A stretch of DNA of 64,000 nucleotides from Bilabrum cf. latius (Eukaryota). How positions within the stretch are numbered: the first letter of the stretch is position 1; every line of letters starts with the position of its first letter. The stretch is from the NCBI GenBank assembly GCA_965178125.1, contig OZ237763.1, forward strand, positions 620,001 to 684,000, written 5' to 3'. The notes below the pieces were generated by a model, which saw nothing but the letters and a program-made list of their open reading frames with translations, ran no database searches and had not been told where the DNA came from. The translations under genes and the position numbers were made by a program. This document shows positions 1 to 12,713 of this stretch, piece after piece.

Positions 1-3000
1 TCTCTTTTTATTGCCATCAGCGTGTCGTTCGGGTCATTCGTGGTGAGGCGTAGACACAGACGGAGAGAGCCCAGCTATGCGTCCTGCTGGCTGTCGCCGA
101 TCGCCGGCAGCACCGACGTGAATCCGAGTCGTCGAATCGAAAGCCATTTTTGTACGTTCATTGCATCCATCGGATCAAAAAGCACCGCAGGAGGTAGAAG
201 CTATCATGGCAGGCAGGGCCACGTCATACAAGCTTGCAAGGGCCGGCTTGATGGATGAGTTGAGCTACGTTGGGAGCATATGGCTGGTCAACATTCCCAT
301 CACGGCGATGACCACACTGGTGTTGTCGCTCTGCGTGTACTTCATGGTCGGCTTCGCGCCCGATGCGGACAGGTTTCTCTTCTTCTGGCTGATCACCGCC
401 TTCCTCGAATTCGCCATGCAGGGCGTCTTTCGGTCCATCACCTTCGCGACGCCGACCCAGCAGCTGGGCCAGACCATCTCCAGCGCGGTCACAGGCGTGT
501 TTCTCATGATGGCAGGCTTTCTGGTGACCCGCACCAATATCCGCGACTTCATGCGCTTCATGTTCTACCTGTCTCCGTTCAGCTGGGCCATCCGATCATT
601 GGCCATCAATGAGTTCTTCGACGAGCGGTACGATGACCCGGTGCAGATCCAGGGCGGACCCATGACACCCCCAGGGAACAACACGCCCGCGGGTACGATG
701 CCCTCTCCTCCATCTAAGCGCGATGCTTTCCTGGACGTGTTCGACTTCTAGCGCGACCCCAAGGCAGAGTGGCAGTGGAGCGCGATGGCTGTGCTGACTG
801 CCTACTGGATCCTCTTCGCAGTCGTGCTGTCCACGCTGGCCGTGACCCACTGCAAGTACGACATCGCTCCTGGCACGCAACGTATCCACGACGAGGAGAC
901 CCGCAAGGAGATGTCTCGCCAGAGGACCATGTCAAGGAGGAGCCCATCGCCCATGCCCATGGAGGGAGGCAGTGCGGCTGCAGCTGCATCCGCGGCTGAC
1001 ATCCAAGTGCGATCCCGCACCCCGACGCAGGACGTGTCCAAGACGAGCAGCATGGCCAAAGCGGCGTCCAGGTTCGAGCCGGCGGTGCTTTCGTTCTCCA
1101 ACATTACATACTCGGTCAAGGTGCCGGCGGACGGCGCCGCTGCTGCTGGTGCCAAGGAGGCCGCGAGCAGGATGCGGTCGTTCGGAGAGAAACGCAAGGC
1201 CTCGGGGTACCGCGGCGAGGATAGGACCAGCGTGAATAGTGTCGTGAGTTCCGGCCAGGAGGGCGAGGACGTCGATCTGACCCTGCTCCGGGGCATTTCG
1301 GGCGTGGCTCGACCCAGGCGCATGATCTGCCTCATGGGTGCCTCGGGCGCTGGCAAGACAACTCTCATGGACGTGCTGGCGGGCCGCAAGACCTAGGGCA
1401 AGGAGGGTGGCGATGTGTTCGTGAACGGCAAGTCTCTGACCAAGTTGCAGCGCTCAGGGCTCATCGCCTACTGCGAGCAGACGGACGACCACACGGCCAC
1501 GGACACGGTGCGAGAGGCAGTTGACTTCTGCGCACTGCTGCGGCTGGACGCTGACATGGCGCAAGACTACGACGAGCGCGAAGAGTTCGTGGATGAGATT
1601 CTGCGGCTGCTCGAGCTGGACTCGGTGAAGGGGCGGCCCGTGTCAACGCTGGCGCAGGGCGAGCTGAAGCGCCTGACCATCGGCTGCGAGCTGGCGGCCA
1701 ACCCAAGTCTGCTCTTCCTGGACGAGCCCACCACGGGGCTGGACGCCAGGTCGGCGGCCCAGGTCATGCGCGTGCTGCGGAACGTGTCAGACACGGGCCG
1801 CACCGTGGTGTGCACGATTCATCAGCCGAGCTACGACGTGTTCGCGGCCTTCGACGACCTGCTGCTGCTGGCTGAGGGCGGGCGGCAGGTGTACTCTGGG
1901 CCGATCGGTGAGCACTGCAGCGACTTGGTGCGCCACTTGCAGGAGGCCTCGCCCGTGGTGGGAAAGCTGCCCGCCCGCCTGAACCCCGCCACCTGGATGC
2001 TTACCGAGCTCGAGGCGGAGAAGAAGCGCGTGAAGCTGCTGGCTGGTCGCGCGTCCGCAGAAGACGACAAGTCGGTCGGAGCAGCAGGTGGCTCAGAAAG
2101 CAAGGTGGCCGCTGCAGATTCCAAAAGCGGCGGCAGCGCAGAAGAGAAGCGAGCAGCAAAGGCAGCAGACGATGTCGACCCCGAGTCCGCCGCTGCCCTT
2201 GCATTGCAGGCGAGGTCACCCTTGCTGTTCGAGGCATTCGAGTCGTCTCCGGCAGCTCGTGCGGTGAAGGAAGCAATCCAGCAAGAGAAGAGGCAGGCTG
2301 CTAGCGGTCCCATCGACGCCATCAGCGCCAAGCAAGGTGCCCCCAGGGAGCGCGTGGGCGAGTGGGCGAGGTTCACCGCCGTGCTGAGGCGCACCTTCGC
2401 GCAGGCCTACCGCGACACACCATTCACTGGCTCTCGCGCCATCACCATGGTGGTGCTCGCGGTGATCTTCGGGCTGCTGTTCCTTGACATTGACGTGCAC
2501 AAGGACCAGGGAACGGTGTTGTCCACGGTGGGCGTGCTCCAGACTGCGGCCACCTTCGGCGGCATCATCGCGATGATTCAGCAGGTCCCTCAGCTGTACC
2601 TGACCCGCTCCATCTTCTACAGGGAGAGGGCCTCTGGCCTGTACTCGGCTTCCTCCTTCTTCATCGCGCTCGCCGTGCAGGAGGCCGTGTTCCTCATCCC
2701 TCTAGTAGCGGCCTTTGGCACGATTGTGTACCTGCTCGTGGACCTGCGGTTCGACGAGCCGGGGGTGTTTCTGGAGGCGCTCGGCGCCCTGTACGTGGTC
2801 AGCGTGTGGTATGGGTTCATGGCGCAGTTCTTCGCGACTGCGTTCCCCAACGCGCAGATTGCTGATATTTTTGTGGGGGTGTTCCTGAACAGCGGTGAGT
2901 CGGTATGAATCGTGGCTGCCTCGTGCATGCATGCAAGCTTGCGTGGTACCTTGCCCCTGACCCAGCCCCCTGAGCACATGACTGACTGCCAGACAACCTG

Positions 3001-3422
3001 CGTCGCACCAGCCCAAAAGCTCTTTCCCCCCTGATCCTGTCTTTGGCCTATTTATCGCAGTGAATCTGTTCAATGGCCTCTTTGCCTCTGGTGTGCTCAA
3101 CTACAGCGAGACGTTCCGCTGGATCGCGTACATCAACCCGCTCTTCCTGGTCAACGTGCCGCTGTCGCTGCCACAGGTGCACTGCTTCGAGGCTGGAGAC
3201 GGGGCGAGCGAGGAGGAGCGGATTGCTGCTGGGTGCCCCACCATTCCTGTGCTGAGGGACGGCCAGCTGCAGATCCAGACGAGCGAGGGGTTTGTGGAGG
3301 ACCTGCTCGACACCACGTACGACCAGAGGTGGAAGTACTACGTGGCGATCATTGGGGTGGCGGTCGTGTTCCAGCTGCTCGCGCAGCTATTGGCCACGCA
3401 CGTGAGTTTCTAGAAGCGCTGA
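1..3422 (+). CDS. ABCG/PDR-type full-size ABC transporter (5'-partial); introns 43-190 and 2895-3060; in-frame TAG (Gln) at 749, 1394, 3411
   Basis: TMD1-NBD2-TMD2 in one frame. Motifs: Walker [34 protein letters not shown]. Ends HVSF-TAG-KR-TGA, matching the PDR C-terminal consensus (N/S)FQKR. Confidence 0.93.
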
Positions 3423-3779
3423 GCGTGCTCGATCTGGCGTGGGGTCGTGGTCTGGCCGTCGGCTTGATGTAGACAGATAGGCGGGTGGGTGACCACCGGC
3501 TGCCGGCGTGATATAGACAGGATGCTGCCTGTAGCTGACGGGGGCCATGGGTATCGGCTGACACCGCTCGACGCGCTTGAGTCTTGCTATGTACTACGTA
3601 GATTAATCTTTGCTCAGATCAAGCATATTTCTAGCCGCGGCCCCGCGAAGGCGAGGTTCGCTGCCACAGGTTCGATCGGGTTCCTTCGACTCGGGTGGCG
3701 GCCGAACGTCCGGCCGCTCGGTGAAGCTGCTCACGGCTGCCAGTTCCAGCCCGTGTTGGAGCCAAGGGCGGTCGGGAAA

Positions 3780-4886
3780 ATGTCCAAGGGCGACCATCTC
3801 CAAGTGGAGCAGGCTGCGATGAATGAAAAGGTTCAAGCAGCTTCAAGCAAGCAGGAAGCCGCGCTCAAACCGAAGGATGGCCCGATGAGGCCCATTCTCG
3901 TAGTGGCTAGCCTACTTCTCTTCGCCCCGCACGCAGCAATGTGCGTATGGAAATACTTCGATACCGTCGGAAAGCCTTCTGCTTTCGCTGGAACCCCAAT
4001 TTGGGAACCAATCGTGGGTTCGATTCTGTACGCGTTTGTCGTCTTTGGTGGTCCGTGGGCTATGCGGACCTTCCAGGTGCCAAGCTTGCCGATTCGAGAG
4101 CTCATGCTTGCATACAACATGTACGAAGTGGTTTTGAATGGCGTTGTAGTAGCAATGTGCGGCTACGGCCTCTACGCCCACGAGTCGCAGCCGTTTTGGG
4201 GTGGAACCGTTGATAACTCTGCCGCTGGACACATGATTGCGTACGGCACGTGGCTGCACTACGTTTCGAAGTACATTGAATGCTTGGACACGGTGTTTTT
4301 CGTGCTGCGGCGCAACTTCCGATTCCTCTCGCCGCTGCACTGCTGGCACCACGCCATCATGTGCTGGCCCTGGTGGTGCGCTGCCGTCTACGCGTGCGGC
4401 GGAGACACGTGGTTCGGGTGCGCTCTAAATTCCGGCATCCACGTGCTGATGTACACGTACTACGGGCTAAAGGTCGCGAGGAACCCGATCACGAGCAAGC
4501 TCCAGATGGGCATGACGGTGCTGCAGCTGGTGCAGTTCCTGGCCGGGCTCATCCACGCGGTGTACTTGCTCAGCCTGACCCCGGAGGTGTACCCCAAGTG
4601 GATTACCACCCTGGAACTACTCATCATGGTCAACATGCTCATCATGTTTGGGCAGTTTTTCGCATCCACCTACTGCAAGGGCAGGGACAAGGGCAAGGGC
4701 AAGGTGAATGGCAAGGGGAAGAAGGACGAGGAGAGCAGCGAAGCACCTGCTCGGGTGCAGGGCGAGGAGGCACTGGCGCAGCAGGTCAGGTCGAGTAGCA
4801 AGCCGAGAGGAGGAAGGAAGGTTCCCTCTTCAAGTTCCTCCGGCCTGCGGAGCCGACGGGCCCCTCGAGAGGCGCAGGAGGACTGA
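3780..4886 (+). CDS. ELO/GNS1/SUR4 family fatty acid elongase
   Basis: KYIECLDTVF, LHCWHH histidine box, NSGIHVLMYTYY and TVLQLVQF motifs; multiple TM segments; TGA stop. Start chosen at ATG 3780. Confidence 0.92.
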   Translation: MSKGDHLQVEQAAMNEKVQAASSKQEAALKPKDGPMRPILVVASLLLFAPHAAMCVWKYFDTVGKPSAFAGTPIWEPIVGSILYAFVVFGGPWAMRTFQVPSLPIRELMLAYNMYEVVLNGVVVAMCGYGLYAHESQPFWGGTVDNSAAGHMIAYGTWLHYVSKYIECLDTVFFVLRRNFRFLSPLHCWHHAIMCWPWWCAAVYACGGDTWFGCALNSGIHVLMYTYYGLKVARNPITSKLQMGMTVLQLVQFLAGLIHAVYLLSLTPEVYPKWITTLELLIMVNMLIMFGQFFASTYCKGRDKGKGKVNGKGKKDEESSEAPARVQGEEALAQQVRSSSKPRGGRKVPSSSSSGLRSRRAPREAQED

Positions 4887-5257
4887 GCAGTCGACGTGGG
4901 GGGTGGGGGGGGGATTGGGGATCGGGCGAATGGAGGACTGGCGGTTGTGGTGCTAGGAGGAGGCAGGTTGGGCTGGTTTTGGGTAGGGCTGATATCCATC
5001 GGGGCGACATAGTGTAGCAAGGCCCACTGGCAGGCGGGCAGATGAGGCGTAGGCGCGGGAGCTGCGAATATCCTCGAGGGAGTCCTGGTCCCCACCCGAC
5101 GCGCAGCCAGCATGCCCATACCCATGACACCCATGCCCATGCCCATGCCCATGCATTCCTGGCGCGATTTGATTTATTTGAGATGCGTCTATTTCTTAGC
5201 CTGGAATTAATACAAGTTTTTGCATGCTGCTGCGGCCCGCATTGCCGCATTCATCAT

Positions 5258-7179
5258 TCACTCATCTTGCTTGGACAGCCACAAGAGCGCAGTGTCGTTG
5301 CCGGCCACTGAGGCGCTGACGCCTCCCGTGGCGGGCGATAGCGTCTTCTGCGAAAACACGTCCACGACAGACACCGTCTCGCCCGTCGCGAACCCGAGCG
5401 ATGTCCAGCAGTCGCCCGAGCACTCGATGGTGGTGTTTGCAGCCAGCCCTCGGTTGAAGAGGGACACGGCGGCACCACCACCCGACAGCTGCCTGCCCCA
5501 CACCTCAGCACGCTGTGTCCCCTACGCACTCGCACGCACCCGCAGAAGTGCCGCTCTCGCCTCGCGGTCCGGGTGCTGCTCCAGGATCGCCTCGGGAAGC
5601 ACGCCATTTGCGACCATCACCGCGTCGTATTTGGCCAGCCTCCCCGCCGTCGCCAACCGCTCCGGGGTCACACCGGAGCCCACCGCATCGATGGCTGCAG
5701 CCAGCCTGGCCGAATCTTGTTCCCTGGCTTCGGCGGGGAGCAGCCTGGATCCCGCCTGCCTCTTGTCGTCCTGCGAGATGGCCAGCACGTACCGGTTCCG
5801 GAGCAGTCCCAGGGCCTCGGCATCGAACGTCCTCGGGTCCACGGAGATGAGCAGCTTGGAGTTCATCATCAGCCAGAGGGCCAGATGGGACCGCTGCTGG
5901 GCCCGCGTGAGCTCGGAGGAGCCCACGAGAAGCAAGCCCGGGTCATTGTAGCCGCAGTCCATGGGTCCGCTAGCGTCAGACACGCAGCCAGAATACTGAC
6001 CGAGGGTGGCACCCACGTCCGCGTTCACGAGGATGGGGCCCCACCCGCCCCCGTCATCCTCCGCTATCCTCCACTCGTTGCCCAGGGACCGCCCGATCGA
6101 GGCCACGGTCTTGCCCGCCCCCCAGCATAGGTTGAAGAGAACTGCCTTGCCCGTGGCGTTGAGTCCATCCCGCATCTTGGCGTACTCCTGAGGGGCATCG
6201 GGGAGGCCTCCGTTGTTGCACGAGTCTTCCTTGAGGTACTCTCCGCCCACCGATGCGAAGAACTTCGCGTCCTAAGCCTCGTGACCGCCCGACCCCGGGC
6301 GCTTGAGGCCCCCGGCCCAGCAGCTGCACGTGTAGTGCCTACGAGTGACGAGGTGAGAAGAGGTGAGGTGAGGTGCCATGGCAAAAGTGGGCCAACACGG
6401 AGTCGAGGTAAACTCGACGCTATCCAGGGGCGAAAGAAAGTGAGGTGTAGACAAAGCACATCGCGCGGCTACTATGGTAGATTAAGCATAGAATACAGGT
6501 CTTGATACTATACTAGTAGGCCTACCAGAGCACCGACTAGGGGCCATCAATGTCGCGCTCACCCTCGATCAGTGTAGAAGCCCGCTCGGAACCCCAGCTT
6601 GTTGAGTTGTTGCGATACCGCGAGCATTCCGTTAGGAAAGGCTTGCTGGTCGGCGATCAGATTGCCGTTGGAATCACGGCCCTGTACGATGCAGTCGTCG
6701 TAGTTGAAAAAGATGGGCGACATGGCACTTAAGTGGTCGCTGCGGGCAGCAGCCGGCAGCTCCCCGTCGGGCACAAACAGCTGCTTCTCCTTCATAAATT
6801 CTGCTATCTTTACCGAGTCCTCCCCCATCACATATCCTGCAGGCACGAAGTAAGCAAGCAAAGGCAATGTTTGGTTCGATCCGCAGCTCGTCTCTCCAAG
6901 GCACGTTATCACCGATGCATGCACTGCCTCACCCTTATCCCAAGTGTAATTTGGATATGTTAGATGTGAATGAAGCATATACCACGTCTGCATCGTGGCG
7001 TTGGCGAATTGCAGTGTTAGCAGTGTGTGCACGACCGAACGCTTCGTCTTGGATCGTCAGTGGGATTATTGGCTCACGTTGGCACCGAGGCTTGGTTTTG
7101 TAAACCCATTGGCCAAACCATGCACATGGACCAACTGAAAACTGGCAAGGAAAGCCAAGGCCCTCAGCTGTTGCCGCAT
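5258..7179 (-). CDS. GH27 alpha-galactosidase (secreted); introns 6988-7077, 6837-6932, 6339-6562; in-frame TAG at 6272, 5522
   Basis: Signal peptide then LANG..PSLGANTW, YDDC, FPNGM, YTDRGHYTC, GSGGHEA*DAKFFA..EYLKEDSC, WRIAED, YNDPGLLLVG, EVWGRQLSGG..VSLFNRG; TGA stop. Confidence 0.9.
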
Positions 7180-7733
7180 GAGGTTAAAAGTATTTCTATG
7201 GATCGCCCGAAAGTGCAACTGCTAATTAACGAACCTTCGGTGACAAACAATTCATGATCAGGTTACAACCGCTGAGGCGCGATGCACGAAGCAGATCACG
7301 TATATTGCGCGTTTTTGGCCGCCATGATGCGCGCAATTAGGTCTATGTCGCGCGTAGCTCGTGCTGGATAGTTTGGACGCCTGTCTAGGTGAGATCAATC
7401 TGGGAGGGGGCCTTCCTGGCGAAGTCTGCTCGCCACAAAGTCGAGGGTTGTTGGAAGCCTTCCGGCTGCTGCTGTATCTGCGCCAGCTATCGCCCACTGT
7501 TGGCTTCATGTAGCATTTTATTCATCATTTATCGTGTGTTTATGTGCGATGAATGCTGCATGAGCTGGATTGCGACTGCGTTGTCATATTTCATCGATCC
7601 CCCGGATGCTGGGGTTGTTGTCGGTGTCTCGGACCTTCAAACCTTCACCCAATAGCCAAGAGAGACGCGTTGGTATATTGATGAACATGAAGATTAGTTT
7701 TGCGTCGATCGACCGCCCTTTTCCTCCCGCAGG

Positions 7734-8832
7734 ATGGGCGCGAGTACCCCCGTTGCTTCCGTAGGAGATTCTCGTCGTGGCATGGCTATGTCGCTGCAGG
7801 ACTGTGAGACCCAAACGTGGTATGAATTGCTCCAAATATGAAAGAGGTATTGCTCGCGCCCATTGGAGGGCCAGACCCGAGTTTGCCGTTGATTTGGAAG
7901 CCGTTTAGCGAGTGGTCCAGCGCCGCAAACGTCCCACCGCCCCTCTTCAGAACTCCCCCGAACATGCACCCGCAGTGAGCAAGCGAATCAAGGCCACTAA
8001 GAACGTAGCAAAGCTGACAAACGTGATGAAGCTGGTGGCCTCTGCCAAGCTCAAGGCAGTGGAGCAGGCCCTCGCCGAGGCCAAGCCCTTCGGTGCCTCC
8101 CTCATGGAATCTGTGGCGCACCCCGCCCTTGAGATCGAGCCCGGCAGCGACGAGCTCCCTCTGGGCGAGCCCGTCCCCGGCTGCAAGCGCCTTGTTGTTA
8201 TCATGACCACGGACCGAGGGCTCTGCGGGTCGGTCAACTCATCGACCGTCAGGTACGCCAGGAACTACCTCGAGCAGAGGCAGGCCGCCGGGGAGAACAT
8301 CTCCCTTTTCATGCTCGGAGAGAAGTCCCGCGCCCAGCTGGCCAGGGATTTCCACGACGTCAGCGTGCACGCGATCGACCAGTGCTTCGACAAGGACCCG
8401 ATCTTCTCGATGGCCTCGTCCGTCGCGGAGAGGATCCTGCAGCACGATTTCGACGAGCTGACCATCTTCTACAACGAGTTTGTGAACGCTGCCTCCTTCA
8501 ACAACAGGCAGAGGACGTTCTCTAACATGAACAAGCAGGAGGACGGCGCCGAGATCCCCGAGCGGTTCGAGGGATACGAGTTCGAGCCCGAGCAGCCCGA
8601 CGTGGTGCTGCCCAACCTGATGGAGTACTCCGTGTCGGGGGCGCTCTTCTACACCATGCTGGAGAACCAGACCTGCGAGGTGTCCCAGCGAGTGACTGCC
8701 ATGGACAACGCCACCACCAACGCGCAGGACATGGTGGACAGGTTTACGCTCATGTTCAACAGGGCGCGCCAGGCCAAGATCACCACCGAGCTGACAGAGA
8801 TCATCTCCGGTGCAGAGTCCCTGGAGCAGTGA
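7734..8832 (+). CDS. ATP3: Mitochondrial F1 ATP synthase gamma subunit; intron 7804-7975; true start may lie further upstream
   Basis: Spliced MAMSLQDLSKRIKATKNVAKLTNVMKLVA, TDRGLCG, QRVTAMDNATTNA, FNRARQAKITTELTEIISGA; no TAG; TGA stop. Confidence 0.93.
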
Positions 8833-9165
8833 GCGGACGATCCACGCATGGATTGGGCCACAGCGGGGCCGTGTCACGTCGTGAGAGGAGAGGTGAAAAC
8901 AGGATGGGATCCCGGCTCGTGTGGCTGGCTGGGAGGTGCTCGGATTTCGTTGTGGTTTGCACTTGTGTAGGTTGTTATCGCGAGCAGATCATAGCAGAGG
9001 TAGCTACCAGACACTATCCTCAAGTTGATGATGTAGGCCTAGCTTGTCGCCTGTCGGTTCGGTTGCAACTTCGATGTCAAACCGCACGTAACTTTATCAA
9101 TCCGAAAAAGTGCGACTTTGTACGACACCAGTCCAACACGCTGGCTTGGCAGAGCTTTGGACATT

Positions 9166-10243
9166 ATGGCTTCTAGTAGTGCAGCTACCGGTGGTGCAAG
9201 TGCCAGTGGGTCTTCTGAGGAGTATCAGGGCGTCTCGGCGATGTCTTTGAGCGGTTTCGGAAGGTTCTTTCCGTACATGCGTGAAGAGCGCTACCCCAAG
9301 CACCTTGCCGTAAACTTCAGGAATTTGAAGGTAAGTCGCATATTCACTCTTGTGTTACTCGCAAACTGCATCGAATGTTTGGCTTTGCACCCGTGCGTTG
9401 GAACGAACGCTGCTGATGCTCCAGCCGAGCATGTGCAACTGCGTGTGTCCAACCTTCCTGTTGTTGTGATCGCAGCTTCCAGCGCTTCAAAAGTACGTAC
9501 AGAAGTATAGGATTCATGTTCGAGCTGATGCTAATGCTGAAGAGTACGCGTGCGCGGTCGCTAGGCACTTCGAGAGCACTCTGGAAGTTGACGAGGACTC
9601 GACGCTTCACAGGCTCGTGAACATCATCAAGAAGGTGAACCCTTCCGTTTCCACCCCAGCAGTCGAGTTGCCCTCGGCTCGTTCGTCCGCCCGCGCTGCT
9701 GCAGGAGGCGCGGGCGCCGGCTTGGTGGGCGGGCATTCGGAACTGGAAGGCTACGCGTTGGGGTCCAAACGGAGGCGCGGTCCCGGAGGATACGACGAGC
9801 GGGGCGACTACTACGACGACATGCCGCCTGTTGAGGGACAGGCAAGCACGGAGATGGTTGCGTGCGAGCACAACATGTGCCCCAAGGAGTGGTACACGCT
9901 GCCGCAGGCGGGGCTGACGCCGGAGACCATCCCCGAGGGGAAGTGGTACTGCCCCGATTGCCGGCTCGACCCCAACGACTATTCCAGGGGAAGGCAGATT
10001 CCGAGAAGTGAGACACGTTGCCCCCCACTTTCAGCCGAGCAGTGCTCAGTTCGAATTATTGTGATTTCGGCTCGCGATGCTACCGATTTCAAGCTTTCTG
10101 CTTGCCGCCCAGTCCTTGTTGGCCTACTTATTATCGCTCGCGCACACCATCCTATCTCCGCAGGTTTGGAGGACAAGAACCGTGGACGCAGCCGAAAGAG
10201 GGTTCGGCAGGGACACCCAGCCAAGCGCAAGCGCACGCGATGA
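9166..10243 (+). CDS. SAP30-like Sin3-binding domain protein with a partial ING-type PHD finger; introns 9331-9475 and probably 10008-10163
   Basis: Spliced VNFRNLKLPALQKYVQKYRI...AVARHFESTLEVDEDSTLHRLVNIIK resembles the SAP30 Sin3-binding domain. EMVACEHNMCPKEWY...GKWYCPDC resembles the second half of an ING PHD. Basic C-terminal tail. Confidence 0.7.
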
Positions 10244-10431
10244 TCATGTCTCGCACCGTGGGTGCGTAAGAGTTGTGTGTGCATATACTCATTCATGCGG
10301 ATGGTTCAGCTCATGCTTCGATAATTCCAGCAAAATGACACAAACAACCCGGACCTACCCGGAACTCAAATCTGCAGCAACACGTTCTGGCCACAACTAT
10401 CTTTTCTGGTTGCTATACGAACACCGTAGAC

Positions 10432-12573
10432 ATGCACGCTCATTTGCTTGCGCTGTGTGTCATTCTGTGCGTGTCTTCCGCGTTCGCTGCGATCGGCTCT
10501 AGCGGGCCTGGGTAGGTCTTGGCAAGTGTCACATCCAGGTACTGGCTCAACTACAGACACACGACGGACAGCGGAGTGTTCAATGATATCGTTTCACTTG
10601 GAGACTCAAGCATGGGCTCAACCAGCTCTGGCTCCCAGTCGTTCGCGAACTTGCTCGCTGGCGACGAAGGTGCCAGCCCCAGAAACCCGTTCCCGGGTGC
10701 TGCATCATTGCCGACGGACAAAAGCGGCAGCGTTGCTCCCACCGCACGTATATGCGCATCTTCTGCCCAGGCTGCCTCGTCTGTATGCAATAGTCGAGCT
10801 GGTGATGCCGTGCACATGGACGCAACTCTCGCCTTCCTCTCAGGCCGGGCGTCCTTTCATATCCAATCCGGCGCCAGCCCCTCGTCTCACTGGATCACAT
10901 CGCTTTAGAGTAGTTCTAGATATGGATGGCGTGATCCTGCGGCAGCAGCTGCCTACATGCTTGCAAAGGGGCGATCCCACCCACATGACCTGCTCGCCCA
11001 AAGCTAGGGCTCTCCGGATGCCGACCTGCTCGCTTATTGGAATGGTCACGGAGGAGATGGCTTCCTCAAGTTCAGAGATTGGGAAGAACTAGCGTCCGAA
11101 GAGCTGGGCCGAGCGGTGGTGGAGGGGCGCAGGCGGGGGATGCACCGGAGGTCGGTGCACTGGCTGGATACCTGCCAGGCGGCCACGCTGGCTGAGGGGA
11201 TCCACGCGTTGCAAGCGCGGACGAGGGGCTTGTTGAGACTGCCAGCTTCTATAGATGCCTCTACCAGTGGTGAGGAAGATCGAATTAGATTTCGCGGCAA
11301 GGGCGCGCGATCGGTGGGATGGTTGCTAGGGGGGATGCTCGCTCGCTTGCGTGCCGAGGCGCGCGGGACCGGATCTGGGCTGCAAACCAGCAGTCTGTCC
11401 TATCAAAAGGCAGGAAAGAGAAAATCGAGGAACACGCATCAGTGGACGTGGTCCTCCGTGCAGGCGAGCACTTCTGCCCGTGGCCTCAACTCGTACTCGA
11501 GCGGGAGGGACGCAGTCACCGGGCTCTCTCTCTCCGATGGTTTCGCTGCCTATGGCATGAGAGGACTGCAGCAGGAGGGAAGGAAGCTGATGTAGAGCAA
11601 GAGGGAGGCGATGAAGGCGGCCATGCAGCTGCTGCAGAGCCAGTACTAGTACCAGTCTCAGCCTCATCCTCCGCTAGGGGCATCAGGGCACGGAGCTTAC
11701 CTGCACAATGATGATGCTGCAGCCGCTGGCTCAGTCCAGCGCAACGCAACCGAAATCGCGGCAACCGCCAGAAAACTCAACGGATACGTACAGAGATCCC
11801 GCGCTCTGCCTCCGCCCATGCGGCTCGGTTAGCTCTCGGAGCTCGCTCCAGAGCAGCTCATCCAGTCACAGATGGTGTACAGCAGCACGGGGGCGAGGCC
11901 TTGTTCCCCCCCACAGCAGCAGCAGCAGCTGCAGTAGGATGGGCGTGGTGGTGGGAGCAATGCTACCATTGACCAGAGCCTCGGTCCGGAGTCTGGATGC
12001 ATGGGGGCGGGGCAGGGAATCGGCTTTATGTTAGAGTAGGTGCAGCGGTGGGGGGAGAGATTCGTGGAGGACCCAGATGCCGTGGCAGAAGAGCTGCTGG
12101 CCGCCTTTGGGGAAGACCCCGTGGCTGTGGATGCGGGCCTCAGGGCGCTGTACCGACACGGGATGGACAACAAAGGCAGGGGGGTGGACGAGGCCGAGAA
12201 GCGGGCGAAGGGGGCATCGATGGATGGGGTGCTGTTCGGCAGGCAGGGTGTCAGGGTTCTGGGCGCGCGATATGGGGCGGGGGAACATGAACTCGCTGGC
12301 AGTGGCGCAGAGCTGAGGCCTGCTAGCAGAGAGCGTTGGTCAGCTGTGGCCTCGGAGCAGGGCTCGAGGGAAGGTTCTGCCTCGCAGGAAATGGGGATTT
12401 GGTCTCAATCGAGGGCAGTAGAGTGGATGCAGAATCAGCAGGGGATCTGGGACACTCGTGCCCAGGGTGTGCCGGCGTGGCTTTGGCTGGACGGGTGGGC
12501 CGGGTTTGGGTGCAAGGTGGTGGTCTGTGCGGCAGCTGCTGCATGTGCATCCGGATTGGCTAGTCGCCTCTGA
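10432..12573 (+). CDS. PIGK: GPI-anchor transamidase catalytic subunit (PIG-K/GPI8-like, peptidase C13); 8 in-frame TAG (10513, 10906, 11005, 11593, 11647, 11830, 11935, 12037)
   Basis: One frame with signal peptide, SRYWLNYRH, GHGGDGFLKFRDWEE (catalytic His), DTCQAAT (catalytic Cys) and a C-terminal hydrophobic segment; only continuous if TAG is read as sense; TGA stop. Confidence 0.82.
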
Positions 12574-12713
12574 TTGCGTTAAGTTTTAGGGCTGGTAGTG
12601 GGACAGGGAATGGTTTTGGAATCCGGATATTGGGAAAAAAGACACACACCTGGCCTTGTGGCTGTGTATCGCCTGGACAAGTCAATCGATCCGGAATCCG
12701 GACCGACCCGAGC

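Noticed and set aside
749-6274. TAGs removed by tiny introns (TAG as a 3' splice site)
   Set aside because: At the diagnostic sites (3411, 6272) the motif spacing is exact with TAG counted as one residue, leaving no room for an intron.
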